Source of the DNA: an uncultured delta proteobacterium
GTDB lineage: Bacteria; Bdellovibrionota; FAC87; UBA2466
Length of the DNA stretch: 64,000 bases
Assembly: GCA_963778115.1 (NCBI GenBank)
Contig: CAVZSV010000004.1
Location: forward strand, 1,568,001 to 1,632,000
Direction of reading: 5' to 3'
This document shows positions 37,667 to 48,549 of the stretch, piece by piece. The notes under the pieces were generated by a model, which made no database searches, was not told the origin of the DNA, and worked only from the letters and a program-made list of their open reading frames with translations. Each line of letters begins with the position of its first letter. Within the stretch, counting starts at the first letter, position 1. A program made the position numbers and the translations under genes.

Positions 37667-37932
37667 TTTACAGCGTTTTGCAGAGGCTGCCTCACACGTG
37701 ACATAGAGGGTGAGATGACCAGTAAGTTCCGCAGCATGTTAAACGAGGTAGCTCGGTTGGGGTTTTTGACAAAATTTTAAGAATACCGCCGATACAATTT
37801 GTCCCTAGCAGGTTCTTCAGATTCTGTAGTGTCCCGAAGAAATGGACTCCAGGTGTCTGTCGATTTTCGACTATATTGCCCGTCGTGGCTCTAGTTTGGA
37901 ACCTTGCCTGAGGAAGTCCCGCTGGACCTAAA

Positions 37933-37959
37933 AAGTTATCCACAGCATGTGGATAACTT
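37933..37959. promoter_or_regulatory. Inverted pair of perfect DnaA boxes
   Basis: TTATCCACA 37936-37944, GCA, TGTGGATAA 37948-37956; a further 8/9 box TTTTCCACA at 38103-38111. Confidence 0.8.
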
Positions 37960-38125
37960 ACTGGTCGAGCTCCCTTCTCCGAGGAAAGTGTCTTAACTTT
38001 TCTTGGTTTCGTCCCCTAAATAAGGTATCAACATCCTTACCTAAAAGACCCTATTAGGAAAGGATCGCTCGCTGAAAAAGCAACCAAATAACCCTTACAA
38101 GGTTTTCCACAGTACCTCGGAGAAG

Positions 38126-38983
38126 TTGCGTTCCCAGATCCATATTGTGCTCGTTCGCCCCGAATTGGGGGCTAACGTGGGCTCCGCCATGCGGGCCATC
38201 GCCAACATGGGAATTCTGACCCCGCTTCGCATCGTCGGAACCCCTGATATTTTGGATGAAAAGTCCAGGGCTTTGGCCAAACATGCCTCCGACCGCCTTG
38301 GCCAGACCCAGTTTTACGCAGATCTCTCAAAAGCCCTCTATATAGATGAGGGGGACAGTCTGTCATTGGCGGCTACAGCACGGATTGGCTCCGCCAAACG
38401 TCCCCATCCGTTATGGGTCAGGCCAGCCATTGAAAAGGCACTTTCAAAATTGTCCTTGGAGGAGAAAAAAAATATTTTCCTGGTCTTCGGTCCTGAGGGG
38501 GACGGATTAACCAATGAAGAAGTAGACTTATGCGACTGGGTCGTTACTATCCCCTCTCGTCCCGAGTATCGTTCCTTGAATTTGGCCCAAGCCGTACTCA
38601 TATTCTGCTATGAAGTGAACTTTGTACTAACCGAACAGTGGCAACGCTTGGAAAGCCCCAAGGCCTCCCAGAAACAGAGGCTTATCCAACATATGTTGCA
38701 GCTAGCCAAAGAAAGCGGTTTTATCCTGCCCGGAGATCCTCACAAAATGTTACCCAGACTGGAGGAGATCTTTGGACAACTGCCCTCTCATATTAAAGAA
38801 GCCCGAACGCTTCACGGGCTCATCGACCAAGTGATGCGTCAAGTCGTTCGCTCGGTACAGAGCGGTGAGGTTGCGTATAAGGGACGGTTCAAGAACATTG
38901 CGAGTATGGCAACGACCAGCGGCAAAATCCGTAACCCCGATCCCAAATCTGAAATGCTAACTGACGTACAAGAACAGGTGTAG
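38126..38983 (+). CDS. SPOUT RNA methyltransferase, TrmJ/LasT family
   Basis: IVLVRPELGANVGSAMRAIANMG, LVFGPEGDGL, SLNLAQAV. Confidence 0.88.
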   Translation: MRSQIHIVLVRPELGANVGSAMRAIANMGILTPLRIVGTPDILDEKSRALAKHASDRLGQTQFYADLSKALYIDEGDSLSLAATARIGSAKRPHPLWVRPAIEKALSKLSLEEKKNIFLVFGPEGDGLTNEEVDLCDWVVTIPSRPEYRSLNLAQAVLIFCYEVNFVLTEQWQRLESPKASQKQRLIQHMLQLAKESGFILPGDPHKMLPRLEEIFGQLPSHIKEARTLHGLIDQVMRQVVRSVQSGEVAYKGRFKNIASMATTSGKIRNPDPKSEMLTDVQEQV

Positions 38984-38988
38984 AAACG

Positions 38989-39576
38989 ATGGAACCAAAA
39001 GAAAAAAAGCCGACTAAAGCTGATAACGAACCCAGGAAAGGCGCCGAACAGGCCTCTTTAGAGCAAGACGAGGCATTGGCGGAAACGCTAGACAATAGCG
39101 ACGCGGATCCCCAAGAAGGATTAACCCGTGAATTTGAAGTCATCCAGAAGGAGCTTCTCTACTTACGTGCTGAGTTTGATAATTATAAAAAGCGCATCTT
39201 ACGTGAGCAGGAGCAGGCGATCCGCTTCGCCAATGAGAAGATCATTCGCGAGTTCTTAGTCGTCGTCGACCATCTAGAACGCGGCGTGCTACACGGGAAA
39301 GAGCTCTCCGACAAAGGACAAACCACTCCAAAAGACTTCACCAATTTCGTGAACGGCATGGAGATGACGCAAAGGGAACTCACTCAACTTCTCAATCGCT
39401 TCGGTGTAGAATTAATCGGCTCTCCGGGAGAACCTTTTGATCCGGCCAAGCACGAAGCGATCTCTGAACAGGAGGCTGCTCCAGAAAAACGCGGGTCGGT
39501 TTTACAGGTTTTGCAGAAGGGTTGCCTTCTCAACGGTCGCTTGTTGGCGCCCGCCCGGGTGGTAGTGGCGAAATGA
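38989..39576 (+). CDS. grpE: Nucleotide exchange factor GrpE
   Basis: AEFDNYKKR, FDPAKHEA, QKG..LNGRLL.PARVVV. Confidence 0.96.
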   Translation: MEPKEKKPTKADNEPRKGAEQASLEQDEALAETLDNSDADPQEGLTREFEVIQKELLYLRAEFDNYKKRILREQEQAIRFANEKIIREFLVVVDHLERGVLHGKELSDKGQTTPKDFTNFVNGMEMTQRELTQLLNRFGVELIGSPGEPFDPAKHEAISEQEAAPEKRGSVLQVLQKGCLLNGRLLAPARVVVAK

Positions 39577-39641
39577 ATGTTGATAAAAGCATGTAGCCAG
39601 CCATAAGATGACAGACAAGCAAGCCTGAGAGCCCGAAGTGA

Positions 39642-39667
39642 CCAGATCGCAATGCCAGATCGCAATG
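39642..39667. repeat. Perfect 13-bp tandem duplication
   Basis: CCAGATCGCAATG twice, ending 11 nt before the dnaJ ATG. Confidence 0.85.
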
Positions 39668-39678
39668 AATGAAACGAC

Positions 39679-40779
39679 ATGACCACTAGAGAAGACTATT
39701 ACATTCTCCTTGGCGTCACTCGCACCGCTACGGATGACGAACTGAAGAAGGCTTATCGAAAACTCGCCATCCAACACCATCCCGATCGCAATCCTGGCGA
39801 TAAAGTTTCAGAGGAAAAATTTAAGCAGCTTAACGAGGCCTATCAAATTCTAAGCGATCCCCAAAAACGCGCGGCTTACGACCAATTCGGACATGCCGGG
39901 GTGAATCAAGGTTTCGGAGGTTTCGAACAAGGGTTTGGCGCGGGATCTTTTTCGGACATCTTCGATAATATTTTCGGCGACATTTTTGGAGGCGGAGGAG
40001 GCTCAAGTGGCGTCGACCTTCGTTACAACCTAGAAATAAGCTTCGAAGAGGCCGCCTTTGGCGTCGAGAAAGAGATCAATTTCGAAAAAGAATCGTCTTG
40101 CAAGAGTTGCGACGGAAACGGAGCAAAAGCAGGCACAAAACCTAAGACATGTCGTAATTGTCGAGGCACGGGACAGGTTAGATTTAACCAAGGTTTTTTC
40201 ACCTTAAGTAGGCCCTGTGCGGGCTGTAGCGGGCGCGGAGTTATCATCGAAGAAAAATGCCCCGACTGTCGCGGCCGAGGACGAGTCCGTAAGCCACACA
40301 CCGTGACGGTTAAAGTGCCGGCCGGCATCGACTCCGAACAGCGCTTAAGGCTTCGCAACGAAGGAGAAAGTTCGGAGTTGGGCGGCCAGTCGGGAGACCT
40401 GTATGTCCATATTCGAGTGAAAGAACATGCGCTTTTTCGTCGAGAAGCAGAACACGTCATTCTAGAACTTCCCATCACTTTTACTCAAGCCGCCATAGGA
40501 GCGGAAATCGACGTCCCGACATTACTGGGAGCTACCCCGCTTAAAGTCCCGTCGGGAACTCAATCAGGAACCATCCTTCGGCTTAAAGGAAAAGGGATCA
40601 AACGGTTGAATGGTTCGGGTTTTGGAGATCAGCTGGTACGTCTGAACATCGAAACGCCGGCAAAACTGTCAACGCGGCAAAAAGAGCTTTTGCGAGAATT
40701 CGAGTCGGAATCGGCGAAAGACTCCCATCCGGGAGTCACTTCGTTTCTGAACAAATTTAAAGAGATTTTCAGAACATGA
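39679..40779 (+). CDS. dnaJ: Chaperone DnaJ (class A)
   Basis: HPDRN J-domain, G/F region, four CxxCxGxG repeats, C-terminal domain. Confidence 0.98.
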   Translation: MTTREDYYILLGVTRTATDDELKKAYRKLAIQHHPDRNPGDKVSEEKFKQLNEAYQILSDPQKRAAYDQFGHAGVNQGFGGFEQGFGAGSFSDIFDNIFGDIFGGGGGSSGVDLRYNLEISFEEAAFGVEKEINFEKESSCKSCDGNGAKAGTKPKTCRNCRGTGQVRFNQGFFTLSRPCAGCSGRGVIIEEKCPDCRGRGRVRKPHTVTVKVPAGIDSEQRLRLRNEGESSELGGQSGDLYVHIRVKEHALFRREAEHVILELPITFTQAAIGAEIDVPTLLGATPLKVPSGTQSGTILRLKGKGIKRLNGSGFGDQLVRLNIETPAKLSTRQKELLREFESESAKDSHPGVTSFLNKFKEIFRT

Positions 40780-42731
40780 AAAAAAACTTCTTTCTCTTCT
40801 TAATACTATTCGTGACAGGATTGGCTGGAGTAACGGGTTGCGCCCCGAAACCAGTTAGCCAAGAAGGGGGGCTAACTCAAGAAGGCTCTAAATCCCACGC
40901 TATCGAGCCGGAAGCTAGGCCGCTATACTTCCAAGCGGAGCGCGCCTTTACCGCAAAAAATTTCGACCTCGCCCAAAAATATTATACTCAGGTCAGACAA
41001 AAGTTCCCTCGTACCCGAGCGGCGGCCTACTCGGCTTATCGCTCCGGTATCATTCATTACTACAAGGAAAACTATCCGGCCGCTTCGCACGATTTCGAAA
41101 GCCATTTAACGCAAATGCCAGACTCTGAATTTGCTTTCGATACGACGTATAATTGGGCGGCGGCTGAATTCCAGCAAAATCATTTCGACAAAGCCTACCA
41201 GGTACTCGCTCGGCTTAAATATTCCGATGTCCAAGCTCAAGGGCCTCGAAGGGCTGAAATTGTTTATGCGCTTACCGCAAGAATTGCGACGGCGCTTAAC
41301 AATCACCCGGGAGCAATCGCTGCCACGGCCCTCCAACTCTTGCTGCCTCAGGAAGAGAGCACTCGAAGTGCTCTGTATCAGCGCGTGGACGAACATTTAA
41401 AGTTAATCAACGACAAGGCTCGTTTGGAACAGCTGCAGAACGAAGTGACCGAGCCTTTGGTGAAAACCAAAATCGCAGCTCGGATAGCGCAATTGTCCCC
41501 TACGCTAGAAGCGACGCCGATCATTACCCCTCCCCTTCCAGGAGGTTCTATCGACGCCGGGCAACGCCCCTTGAATCCTGGATCTACCGGTCAAAAGCTC
41601 AACGTGGGAGTACTGCTTCCTTTGACAGGCCGTTTTGCTCCTTATGGAAAGCGTGCTCTCGACGGAATTTTGCTAGCTTCCAAAGTTTTCGCCCCGAACG
41701 AAACCTCGGGATTTCATCTCTTCATTAAGGATACTGCATCAAACCCTCTGGTCGCTCAAAATGCGGTGGACGAACTGGTGCAAAACAACGACGTCATGGC
41801 CATCGTGGGGCCGCTTAGTTGGAAAGAGTCGCTCTCCGCGGCCGACAGGGCCCAACAATTGGGTGTGCTCAACCTCTCTCTCACAACCAAGGAAGGGATC
41901 TCTCAACGAGGCCCCTATCTTTTTCAGAATGCGCTAACCCCCCGAGTGCAGCTCGATAGCCTGGTGCGCTTTTGTATTGGCGAAAAACAATTCAAACGCT
42001 TCGCCATACTGGCGCCCAACAATGCTTTTGGCCATGATCTGACCAAGCAATTCTGGGACCTGGTGGAAAAATACGGCGGTAAGATAGTCGATTATCAAAC
42101 ATACGCTCCTGAAGATAAGGACTTCCAAAACGAAATTCGAGAAATGACGGGCCTTTCCGATCCAAGATTTCGGCGATTGGAACAGGCGAAACTGGGAGAG
42201 TATTTAAAAGATCAAAAAACAAAGACCGGTAAAGATCTGAAAGTTCAACTGCCTTCGATTGTGGATTTCGACGCTATCTTCATTCCTGATAGCCCCAAGA
42301 CGGTATCACAAATTGCACCCAGTCTGGCCTACTTTGACGTCTCTGGTGTTCCGCTTTTAGGGACCACCGAGTGGAATAGCCCCCAACTTTACAGTCGCGG
42401 AGGAAGGTACGTCGAAGGAGCCATCTTTCCGGCGGGTCTTATTTTAAATAGCAAGAACCCTACGACTCAGGCCTTTATCAAAGCCTATGAGAGTTCTTAC
42501 GGAACCTCTCCCGATCAGTTGGCGGCACAAGCATACGAAGCGATGCAATTGGTGGCTGCAAGCCTGGGAACGGTAGCGAGTGGCGATAGAAACCAGGTTG
42601 TGAATCAATTGGCGTCGTTGAAAGACTTTGAGACCCCACTGGGAAAAGTAACTTTCGATACGGATCGGATTGCGATTAGACGCTTGCCTATTATGACTTT
42701 GGAGAGCGGTGGAACTTTGTCGGAGCATTGA
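40776..42731 (+). CDS. Lipoprotein with TPR repeats and periplasmic-binding-protein fold (LppC/LpoA-like PBP activator)
   Basis: Lipobox VTGC, TPR-like helices, VGVLLPLTG, AIVGPL, FDAIFIPD. Confidence 0.8.
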   Translation: MKKNFFLFLILFVTGLAGVTGCAPKPVSQEGGLTQEGSKSHAIEPEARPLYFQAERAFTAKNFDLAQKYYTQVRQKFPRTRAAAYSAYRSGIIHYYKENYPAASHDFESHLTQMPDSEFAFDTTYNWAAAEFQQNHFDKAYQVLARLKYSDVQAQGPRRAEIVYALTARIATALNNHPGAIAATALQLLLPQEESTRSALYQRVDEHLKLINDKARLEQLQNEVTEPLVKTKIAARIAQLSPTLEATPIITPPLPGGSIDAGQRPLNPGSTGQKLNVGVLLPLTGRFAPYGKRALDGILLASKVFAPNETSGFHLFIKDTASNPLVAQNAVDELVQNNDVMAIVGPLSWKESLSAADRAQQLGVLNLSLTTKEGISQRGPYLFQNALTPRVQLDSLVRFCIGEKQFKRFAILAPNNAFGHDLTKQFWDLVEKYGGKIVDYQTYAPEDKDFQNEIREMTGLSDPRFRRLEQAKLGEYLKDQKTKTGKDLKVQLPSIVDFDAIFIPDSPKTVSQIAPSLAYFDVSGVPLLGTTEWNSPQLYSRGGRYVEGAIFPAGLILNSKNPTTQAFIKAYESSYGTSPDQLAAQAYEAMQLVAASLGTVASGDRNQVVNQLASLKDFETPLGKVTFDTDRIAIRRLPIMTLESGGTLSEH

Positions 42732-42795
42732 ACTCTAGCTCCCCTGGTCAAATGTCGCGAGTCATTTTATCGTCGATACCTAACCCAACCCTATG

Positions 42796-42824
42796 TTGCA
42801 GCTCAAAATTAGTAATGTTAGAAT
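42796..42824 (+). promoter_or_regulatory. Sigma70 promoter with extended -10, upstream of dksA
   Basis: TTGCAG-N17-TAGAAT with TGn immediately before the -10. Confidence 0.55.
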
Positions 42825-42954
42825 AGGATACTGGTTGTTATCTCGTATTTAAAAATTCCTGAACAATAAGCTCTAAGACACAACGTTGCGTCTTAATCGC
42901 CCCTTTATCAATTCGGTGATGTTCGATTCATCTCCGACGAGAGGAGCCCAATCC

Positions 42955-43314
42955 ATGAAGAAGAAAGATCTTACGCGTTTCGCAGAGCGTTTACGCGAGG
43001 AAAAGGCCCGGCTTCTCAATCACAGCGAGCGAAAGACCGAAGAGATGACGCTAAGCACCGACGATTTGGCTGACGAGGTGGATTTGGCCTCGTCAGAATT
43101 GAATCAAAGTGTTGCTCTGCGTCTAAGAGACCGAGAGCGTCTGCTGCTTCAGAAGATCGAAGTTGCCCTAGCCAAGATCGACAGCGGCACGTTTGGAATT
43201 TGCGATCTTTGTGAAGAGCCCATCGAAATTAAAAGGCTTGAAGCGAGACCTGTCGCCGATCTTTGCATCCGTTGCAAAGAGACCCAGGAACTCGAAGAAA
43301 AGATCTACGCTTAA
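42955..43314 (+). CDS. dksA: DksA/TraR C4 zinc-finger transcription factor
   Basis: DEVDLA (DxxDxA) tip, CDLC..RLEARP..LCIRC; ATG 42955 with AGGAG SD. Confidence 0.9.
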   Translation: MKKKDLTRFAERLREEKARLLNHSERKTEEMTLSTDDLADEVDLASSELNQSVALRLRDRERLLLQKIEVALAKIDSGTFGICDLCEEPIEIKRLEARPVADLCIRCKETQELEEKIYA

Positions 43315-43510
43315 TCGGTTATCCCCCTCCCCTCCTTTTAGTAAGCACGGCACTACTAATAGATGCGCCTTTTTTGCCCGGGAAACCTCTGTAATCACTT
43401 ATAAAAAACTTTGTTAATTAAATGCAGTTCGTCCTCAAGAAATCCTAATAAACCTCCGAACAATTAATTGTCTCTAGCTTTAAATCTTCAACCATACCCA
43501 AGGACTTATC

Positions 43511-45976
43511 ATGCCGAACGAGTTCTCTGAGAACGAAGAACTTGTAATCCCAGATGAGATTCCGCTCTTACCTATACGGGACGTGGTGGTTTATCCGTAT
43601 ATGATTCTACCCTTGTTTGTAGGTAGAGAGCCCTCCATTAAAGCCGTCAATGAAGCCCTCGCGCGCGATAGGCTCATCTTTTTGGCGGCCCAAAAAGAGA
43701 TTACTGACGAGAATCCAAACCCCGATACCATCTACTCCATCGGAACCGTTGCAATGATCATGCGCATGCGGAAGCTACCGGATGGACGGATAAAGATCCT
43801 CGTCCAAGGTTTGATGAAAGGAACGGTCCTCAGCTACAGTCAGGAAAAGCCGTTTTTCATCGCTAAGATAAAGCAAATCAAAGAAAAGCCAGCGACTCGC
43901 GAGAATGTTGAAGTCGAAGCGATGATGCGCACGGTGAAAGAGCAACTTGAGAAGGTCATCTCCTTAGGGAGAATGCTCAGCCCCGATATCCTGATGGTCG
44001 TCGACGACATCAATGATGCCGGCCGCTTAGCCGATCTTGTGGCTTCGAATTTGGGACTCAAAGTTACCGAGGCCCAAGATATCCTGGAGCTATTTGATCC
44101 GGTAGATCGTCTCAAACGAGTGAACGAAATCCTCGTCAAGGAGCTCGAAATTTTGGCCATGCAAGCTCGCATCCGCTCTCAAGCGCGGGACGAGATGACC
44201 AAGAGCCAAAGAGAATATTTTTTACGGGAACAGATCCGTGCCATCAAGACGGAACTGGGCGATACGGAATCGAAAACGGAAGAAATCTCCGAACTTCGTA
44301 ACAAGATCGAGCAGGCCAAAATGCCCGCCGAGATTCACGAAGAGGCTATCAAACAGATCGGCCGCTTGGAGCGCATGCACCAAGATGCCAGTGAAGCCAC
44401 GATCGTTAGGACCTATCTCGATTGGTTGATCGATATCCCATGGAGCAAGAGCACTGAGGACAACCTCAATCTCGAGGAAGCCCAAAAAGTTCTTGATACC
44501 GATCACTTTGATTTGAAAAAGGTCAAAGAGCGTATCTTGGAATTTCTAGCCGTCCGAAAGCTTAAAGCTAAGATGAAGGGTCCCATCCTGTGCTTCGTAG
44601 GACCTCCGGGAGTGGGTAAAACCAGTCTTGGAAAGTCGATTGCTCGGGCCATGGGGCGAAAATTCATTCGCATTTCCCTCGGTGGTATTCGTGACGAAGC
44701 CGATATCCGTGGACACCGTCGTACTTATGTCGGTGCGATGCCAGGAAGAATCGTTCAAGGGCTCAAACAAGCAGGATCCTCAAATCCCATCTTTATGCTC
44801 GATGAAATCGACAAATTGGGATCGGACTTCCGAGGAGATCCCGCTGCTGCCCTACTTGAAGTTCTGGACCCTGAACAAAACTTCAGCTTCCGCGACCATT
44901 ACTTGAACCTCCCGTTCGATCTTTCCAACGTAATGTTCGTCGCTACGGCGAATCTGATGGATACCGTTCCTTCAGCGCTAAAAGATCGTATGGAAGTCAT
45001 TCAATTGGCCGGCTATAGCCAAGAAGAGAAACTTAAGATCACAACCCAATTCCTTATCCCTAAACAGGTTGAGGAAAACGGATTAACGACAGATGACATC
45101 GAAATCTCCGAAACCGCAGTCAATCGCATCGTGAGTCAATACACTCAAGAAGCGGGACTTCGAAACCTCGAGAGAAATATCGCAGCTATCTGCCGTAAGG
45201 TCGCCCGAAAGATTGCCAGTAGTGAATCACGCCCTGAAAAAACAACCGTTACTGGCAACGCTATTCCGAAATACTTGGGACCGCCTCGCCATATCCCGGA
45301 AGAGGAAAGAGAACACGACGAAATCGGAGTGGTCACTGGCCTCGCATGGACTCAATTCGGTGGAGAAATTCTCAACATCGAAGTGACCATGATGCGGAAA
45401 ATGGGTGGGGGATTAATTCTTACGGGATCCCTTGGCGATGTCATGAAAGAATCGGCTCATGCAGCTTTGAGTTTCGCGCGAAGCAAGGCGGCTCAATTCG
45501 GCATCGACGAGAAGATATTCAGCCGATACGAAATTCATGTTCACGTACCTCAAGGAGCAACTCCCAAAGACGGACCGTCCGCGGGAATTACCCTAGCCAC
45601 CGCGATAATCAGCCTTCTCACGGGCAATCCCGTGCGCAGAGATGTCGCGATGACCGGAGAAGTAACGCTTCGAGGAAAAATCCTTCCGATAGGAGGATTA
45701 AAAGAGAAGACCTTGGCCGCTTTGCGCCACGGTATCAAAACTCTGATAGTCCCGGCACGTAATCAAAAAGATCTCGACGAAATACCCAAGGAGCTACGGA
45801 AGAAGTTGAAGTTCTACTTCGCCAAGGATGTCTCTGATGTGCTCAAACACGCACTAGTGAATGACCCTGGTGAGTGGGCCAAGCAGATCAAAGGACGTGG
45901 ATCGAATGATCCCATCTTGGGTGAAAGTTCGCCGACGATCTCTAGAAGTGCCAAGTCGGTGGAACGCGCCGCGTAG
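43511..45976 (+). CDS. lon: Lon protease
   Basis: [38 protein letters not shown]. Confidence 0.98.
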   Translation: MPNEFSENEELVIPDEIPLLPIRDVVVYPYMILPLFVGREPSIKAVNEALARDRLIFLAAQKEITDENPNPDTIYSIGTVAMIMRMRKLPDGRIKILVQGLMKGTVLSYSQEKPFFIAKIKQIKEKPATRENVEVEAMMRTVKEQLEKVISLGRMLSPDILMVVDDINDAGRLADLVASNLGLKVTEAQDILELFDPVDRLKRVNEILVKELEILAMQARIRSQARDEMTKSQREYFLREQIRAIKTELGDTESKTEEISELRNKIEQAKMPAEIHEEAIKQIGRLERMHQDASEATIVRTYLDWLIDIPWSKSTEDNLNLEEAQKVLDTDHFDLKKVKERILEFLAVRKLKAKMKGPILCFVGPPGVGKTSLGKSIARAMGRKFIRISLGGIRDEADIRGHRRTYVGAMPGRIVQGLKQAGSSNPIFMLDEIDKLGSDFRGDPAAALLEVLDPEQNFSFRDHYLNLPFDLSNVMFVATANLMDTVPSALKDRMEVIQLAGYSQEEKLKITTQFLIPKQVEENGLTTDDIEISETAVNRIVSQYTQEAGLRNLERNIAAICRKVARKIASSESRPEKTTVTGNAIPKYLGPPRHIPEEEREHDEIGVVTGLAWTQFGGEILNIEVTMMRKMGGGLILTGSLGDVMKESAHAALSFARSKAAQFGIDEKIFSRYEIHVHVPQGATPKDGPSAGITLATAIISLLTGNPVRRDVAMTGEVTLRGKILPIGGLKEKTLAALRHGIKTLIVPARNQKDLDEIPKELRKKLKFYFAKDVSDVLKHALVNDPGEWAKQIKGRGSNDPILGESSPTISRSAKSVERAA

Positions 45977-46158
45977 TTTCCGACGGCTCGTCCCGATTCT
46001 AAAGAACACCGCGTTATCGACGATAAATTGACGCAGGTGTCCCATTGATTTGTTAACAGATGTTTACCTTTTCGTGAACTCTGCCCAAAGACCTATTGAA
46101 ACGATTCCGAAATCTGGGAATGGTGAAGCAACGGGTTAAGCTGTTTTGGGGGTAAACA

Positions 46159-47703
46159 ATGGGATTTCGTTGTCTTCGCTTCTGGGGAGCGTTCGCTCTC
46201 CTAATCGTTTCGTCATTAGCACTTTCCATGGAAGTCGATCCCGAAGTAATTCGAGCACTTCGAGCCAACTCAAATGACAAAATTATTTCGGTCGTCGTGA
46301 ATCTTGAAGATCAATTTGATCTTAGTCTGCTAAAAAACTTCCAAGGAACGGAGTCCGAAAAGGCTCTGTTAGTTGCCAAAAGGCTTGAGTCTTTTAATCA
46401 ATCCAGTAGCGCTCCCATCGTTCGCTTCTTCAAGACAGCCCATCTTGCTGGGTTGAAAGAAATTACCCCAATTTGGATTACCAATTCTCTTCGGATCAAA
46501 GGAAGTTCAGACGTTATCCAAAAGCTAATGGCCATGAACGGAGTAGAGAGTATCGTCATGGACGCCGCAAAACCTGTCGGTGAATTTGACGATCGTCCCA
46601 CAACCGATAACGGCAAGCAAACTAAGGGCCCCACAATTTCGTGGGGAGTTACCCAAGTAAGAGCCCCTGAGCTTTGGAAGCAGGGAGTGAATGGAAAGGG
46701 TATCGTCGTCGCTATGATCGATAGCGGAGCCAATCTTACACACCCTGATCTCATGCCTAATCTTTGGAAAAATCCTGGTGAAACAGGACTGGATACCAAA
46801 GGACAAGATCGCGCGACGAACGGCATTGATGACGATAATAATGGTTACATTGATGACGTCGTCGGATGGAACTTCGAAGACAAAAATAACGATCCGACCG
46901 ATAAAGAGGGCCATGGTTCGCAAACGGCGGGAATTGTGGGAGGTATGGGAGCCGGAGGAACACAAACCGGAGTCGCTCCGGGTGCAACCCTCATGATCAT
47001 TCGTTCATGCTGCGATGCCGGAACTCAAATCTTTGAATCCAACACCTGGGAAGCCATGCAGTATGCGATCAAGAACGGGGCGCGTGTCATCAGCATGTCC
47101 CTAAGTGTAAAGCACCCTTCAAATCCCAGTTACGCCAAATGGCGGCGCGCGAGTGAAGTGATGCTCGCCGCTGGAGTGGTTCACGTCAACTCCGCGGGCA
47201 ATCGAGGATCGGACTATACTCCGCACAATGTGGGAGCTCCTGCTTCCAATCCCCCAGCGTGGGCGCACCCCAAACAAGTTAATTTAACCGGCCTAACTTC
47301 GATGATCACCATTGGGGCGACCGATGAGAAGGACAAACTTCGCTATTATTCGAGTACCGGTCCGGTTACTTGGGAAGACATCGCTGAGTACAAAGACTTC
47401 CCTTACACCGATGGGAAACCGGGACTCATCCGCCCGGATGTATGTGGGCCCAGTGAAGTGCCCAGCCTTTCCATGGACGGACCCACCTATACTTCTAGTT
47501 TTGGAGGAACTTCCTCAGCGACTCCGAACGTCGCTGGTGTCGTAACGCTCCTTCTTTCGGCAAGACCAGATTTAACCGTCGCTCAAGTCACCGAGGCTCT
47601 CCAAATGAGTGCCGTTCCTGTGGATACCGATTTCAACAATAAGTGTGGTGCTGGTCGCGTGGACGCAGTCGCAGCTGTGGAATACGCGAAGGCAAAGTTC
47701 TAA
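46159..47703 (+). CDS. Secreted S8 subtilisin-family serine protease with propeptide
   Basis: Signal peptide; MIDSG (Asp), GHGSQTAG (His), NSAGN, GGTSSATP (Ser). Confidence 0.93.
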   Translation: MGFRCLRFWGAFALLIVSSLALSMEVDPEVIRALRANSNDKIISVVVNLEDQFDLSLLKNFQGTESEKALLVAKRLESFNQSSSAPIVRFFKTAHLAGLKEITPIWITNSLRIKGSSDVIQKLMAMNGVESIVMDAAKPVGEFDDRPTTDNGKQTKGPTISWGVTQVRAPELWKQGVNGKGIVVAMIDSGANLTHPDLMPNLWKNPGETGLDTKGQDRATNGIDDDNNGYIDDVVGWNFEDKNNDPTDKEGHGSQTAGIVGGMGAGGTQTGVAPGATLMIIRSCCDAGTQIFESNTWEAMQYAIKNGARVISMSLSVKHPSNPSYAKWRRASEVMLAAGVVHVNSAGNRGSDYTPHNVGAPASNPPAWAHPKQVNLTGLTSMITIGATDEKDKLRYYSSTGPVTWEDIAEYKDFPYTDGKPGLIRPDVCGPSEVPSLSMDGPTYTSSFGGTSSATPNVAGVVTLLLSARPDLTVAQVTEALQMSAVPVDTDFNNKCGAGRVDAVAAVEYAKAKF

Positions 47704-47707
47704 ATAC

Positions 47708-47747
47708 CTATTTCGGACTTCGAATGAAAGTTCGGGGTCCGAAATAG
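47708..47747. terminator. Inverted repeat between convergent genes, probable bidirectional terminator
   Basis: CTATTTCGGACTTCGAA / TTCGGGGTCCGAAATAG, 15/17 plus two G-U pairs. Confidence 0.6.
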
Positions 47748-47781
47748 CGTCACTTTCCACACTTGATTCTTGTCCGCAAAT

Positions 47782-48549
47782 CTAAATCCCACTCCGATAC
47801 TCCTCCGGCGTCCGAAACAAAGTCCATGCCCCCACCTCTTTAACCCCTGCCCTCACCAAACTCCTAGCACATTGATTCAACGTACTTCCCGTCGTCATCA
47901 CATCATCAACGAGAATTACTTTCTCGGGAATCCTCACCTTCTCATTCCACTGAAAGCTCCCCTTTAAATTTCTCAATCGTTCGCTCCGCGAAAGCCCCGT
48001 CTGAGCAGAAGTCTCTTTCGTTTTGATAAGTCCTGAAGCACACAGTGGTCTTGCCCAGACTTTCGAAAGCCACCGCGCTATCTCTTCCGCTTGGTTAAAG
48101 TTGCGGTCCCAGTACTTTCGAAAATAGAGAGGGACCGGAACGAGAGTAAAGCCCTCCAGTGCCCAATGTGGTATCTCCGTAATCGCTCGCGATCGAAACG
48201 CACTCAACAGGTCTCTGCGGTGCCCGTATTTGATGCGAAACCAAAGTTTTCTATTGAGCTCGGTGAGCCACCATAGAGATCTCACGAATTTTAACTCGGG
48301 AATAAAGCGAGTTCGGCATTTTCCGCACTTTCCCATCACATGAGAAGTGGGCTCCCCGCACCGTAAGCACCAGGGCTCCTGAAGTTGGTGCGCGTCGAGG
48401 CAAAAGGCGCACGCATTACCCCCGAGAAGCAAGCAGCCGCACCCAGCACACTCAGGAGAAAAGACGGCCACTAAGAGTCCGTCCAAAGTCGCGCATACGA
48501 GGCTTGCTACATGGCGAGCGTATGAAGAGTCGGGCATCGCAAGCTCCAT
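47782..48549 (-). CDS. comF: ComF family protein (double zinc ribbon + PRTase domain)
   Basis: Four CxxC pairs, VPVPL, RNFNQA, ILVDDVMTTGST. Confidence 0.92.
   Translation of the reverse strand: MELAMPDSSYARHVASLVCATLDGLLVAVFSPECAGCGCLLLGGNACAFCLDAHQLQEPWCLRCGEPTSHVMGKCGKCRTRFIPELKFVRSLWWLTELNRKLWFRIKYGHRRDLLSAFRSRAITEIPHWALEGFTLVPVPLYFRKYWDRNFNQAEEIARWLSKVWARPLCASGLIKTKETSAQTGLSRSERLRNLKGSFQWNEKVRIPEKVILVDDVMTTGSTLNQCARSLVRAGVKEVGAWTLFRTPEEYRSGI

Noticed and set aside
37593..38125. oriC
   Set aside because: Only two or three DnaA boxes, no clear AT-rich unwinding repeats, and no dnaA/dnaN/gidA context.
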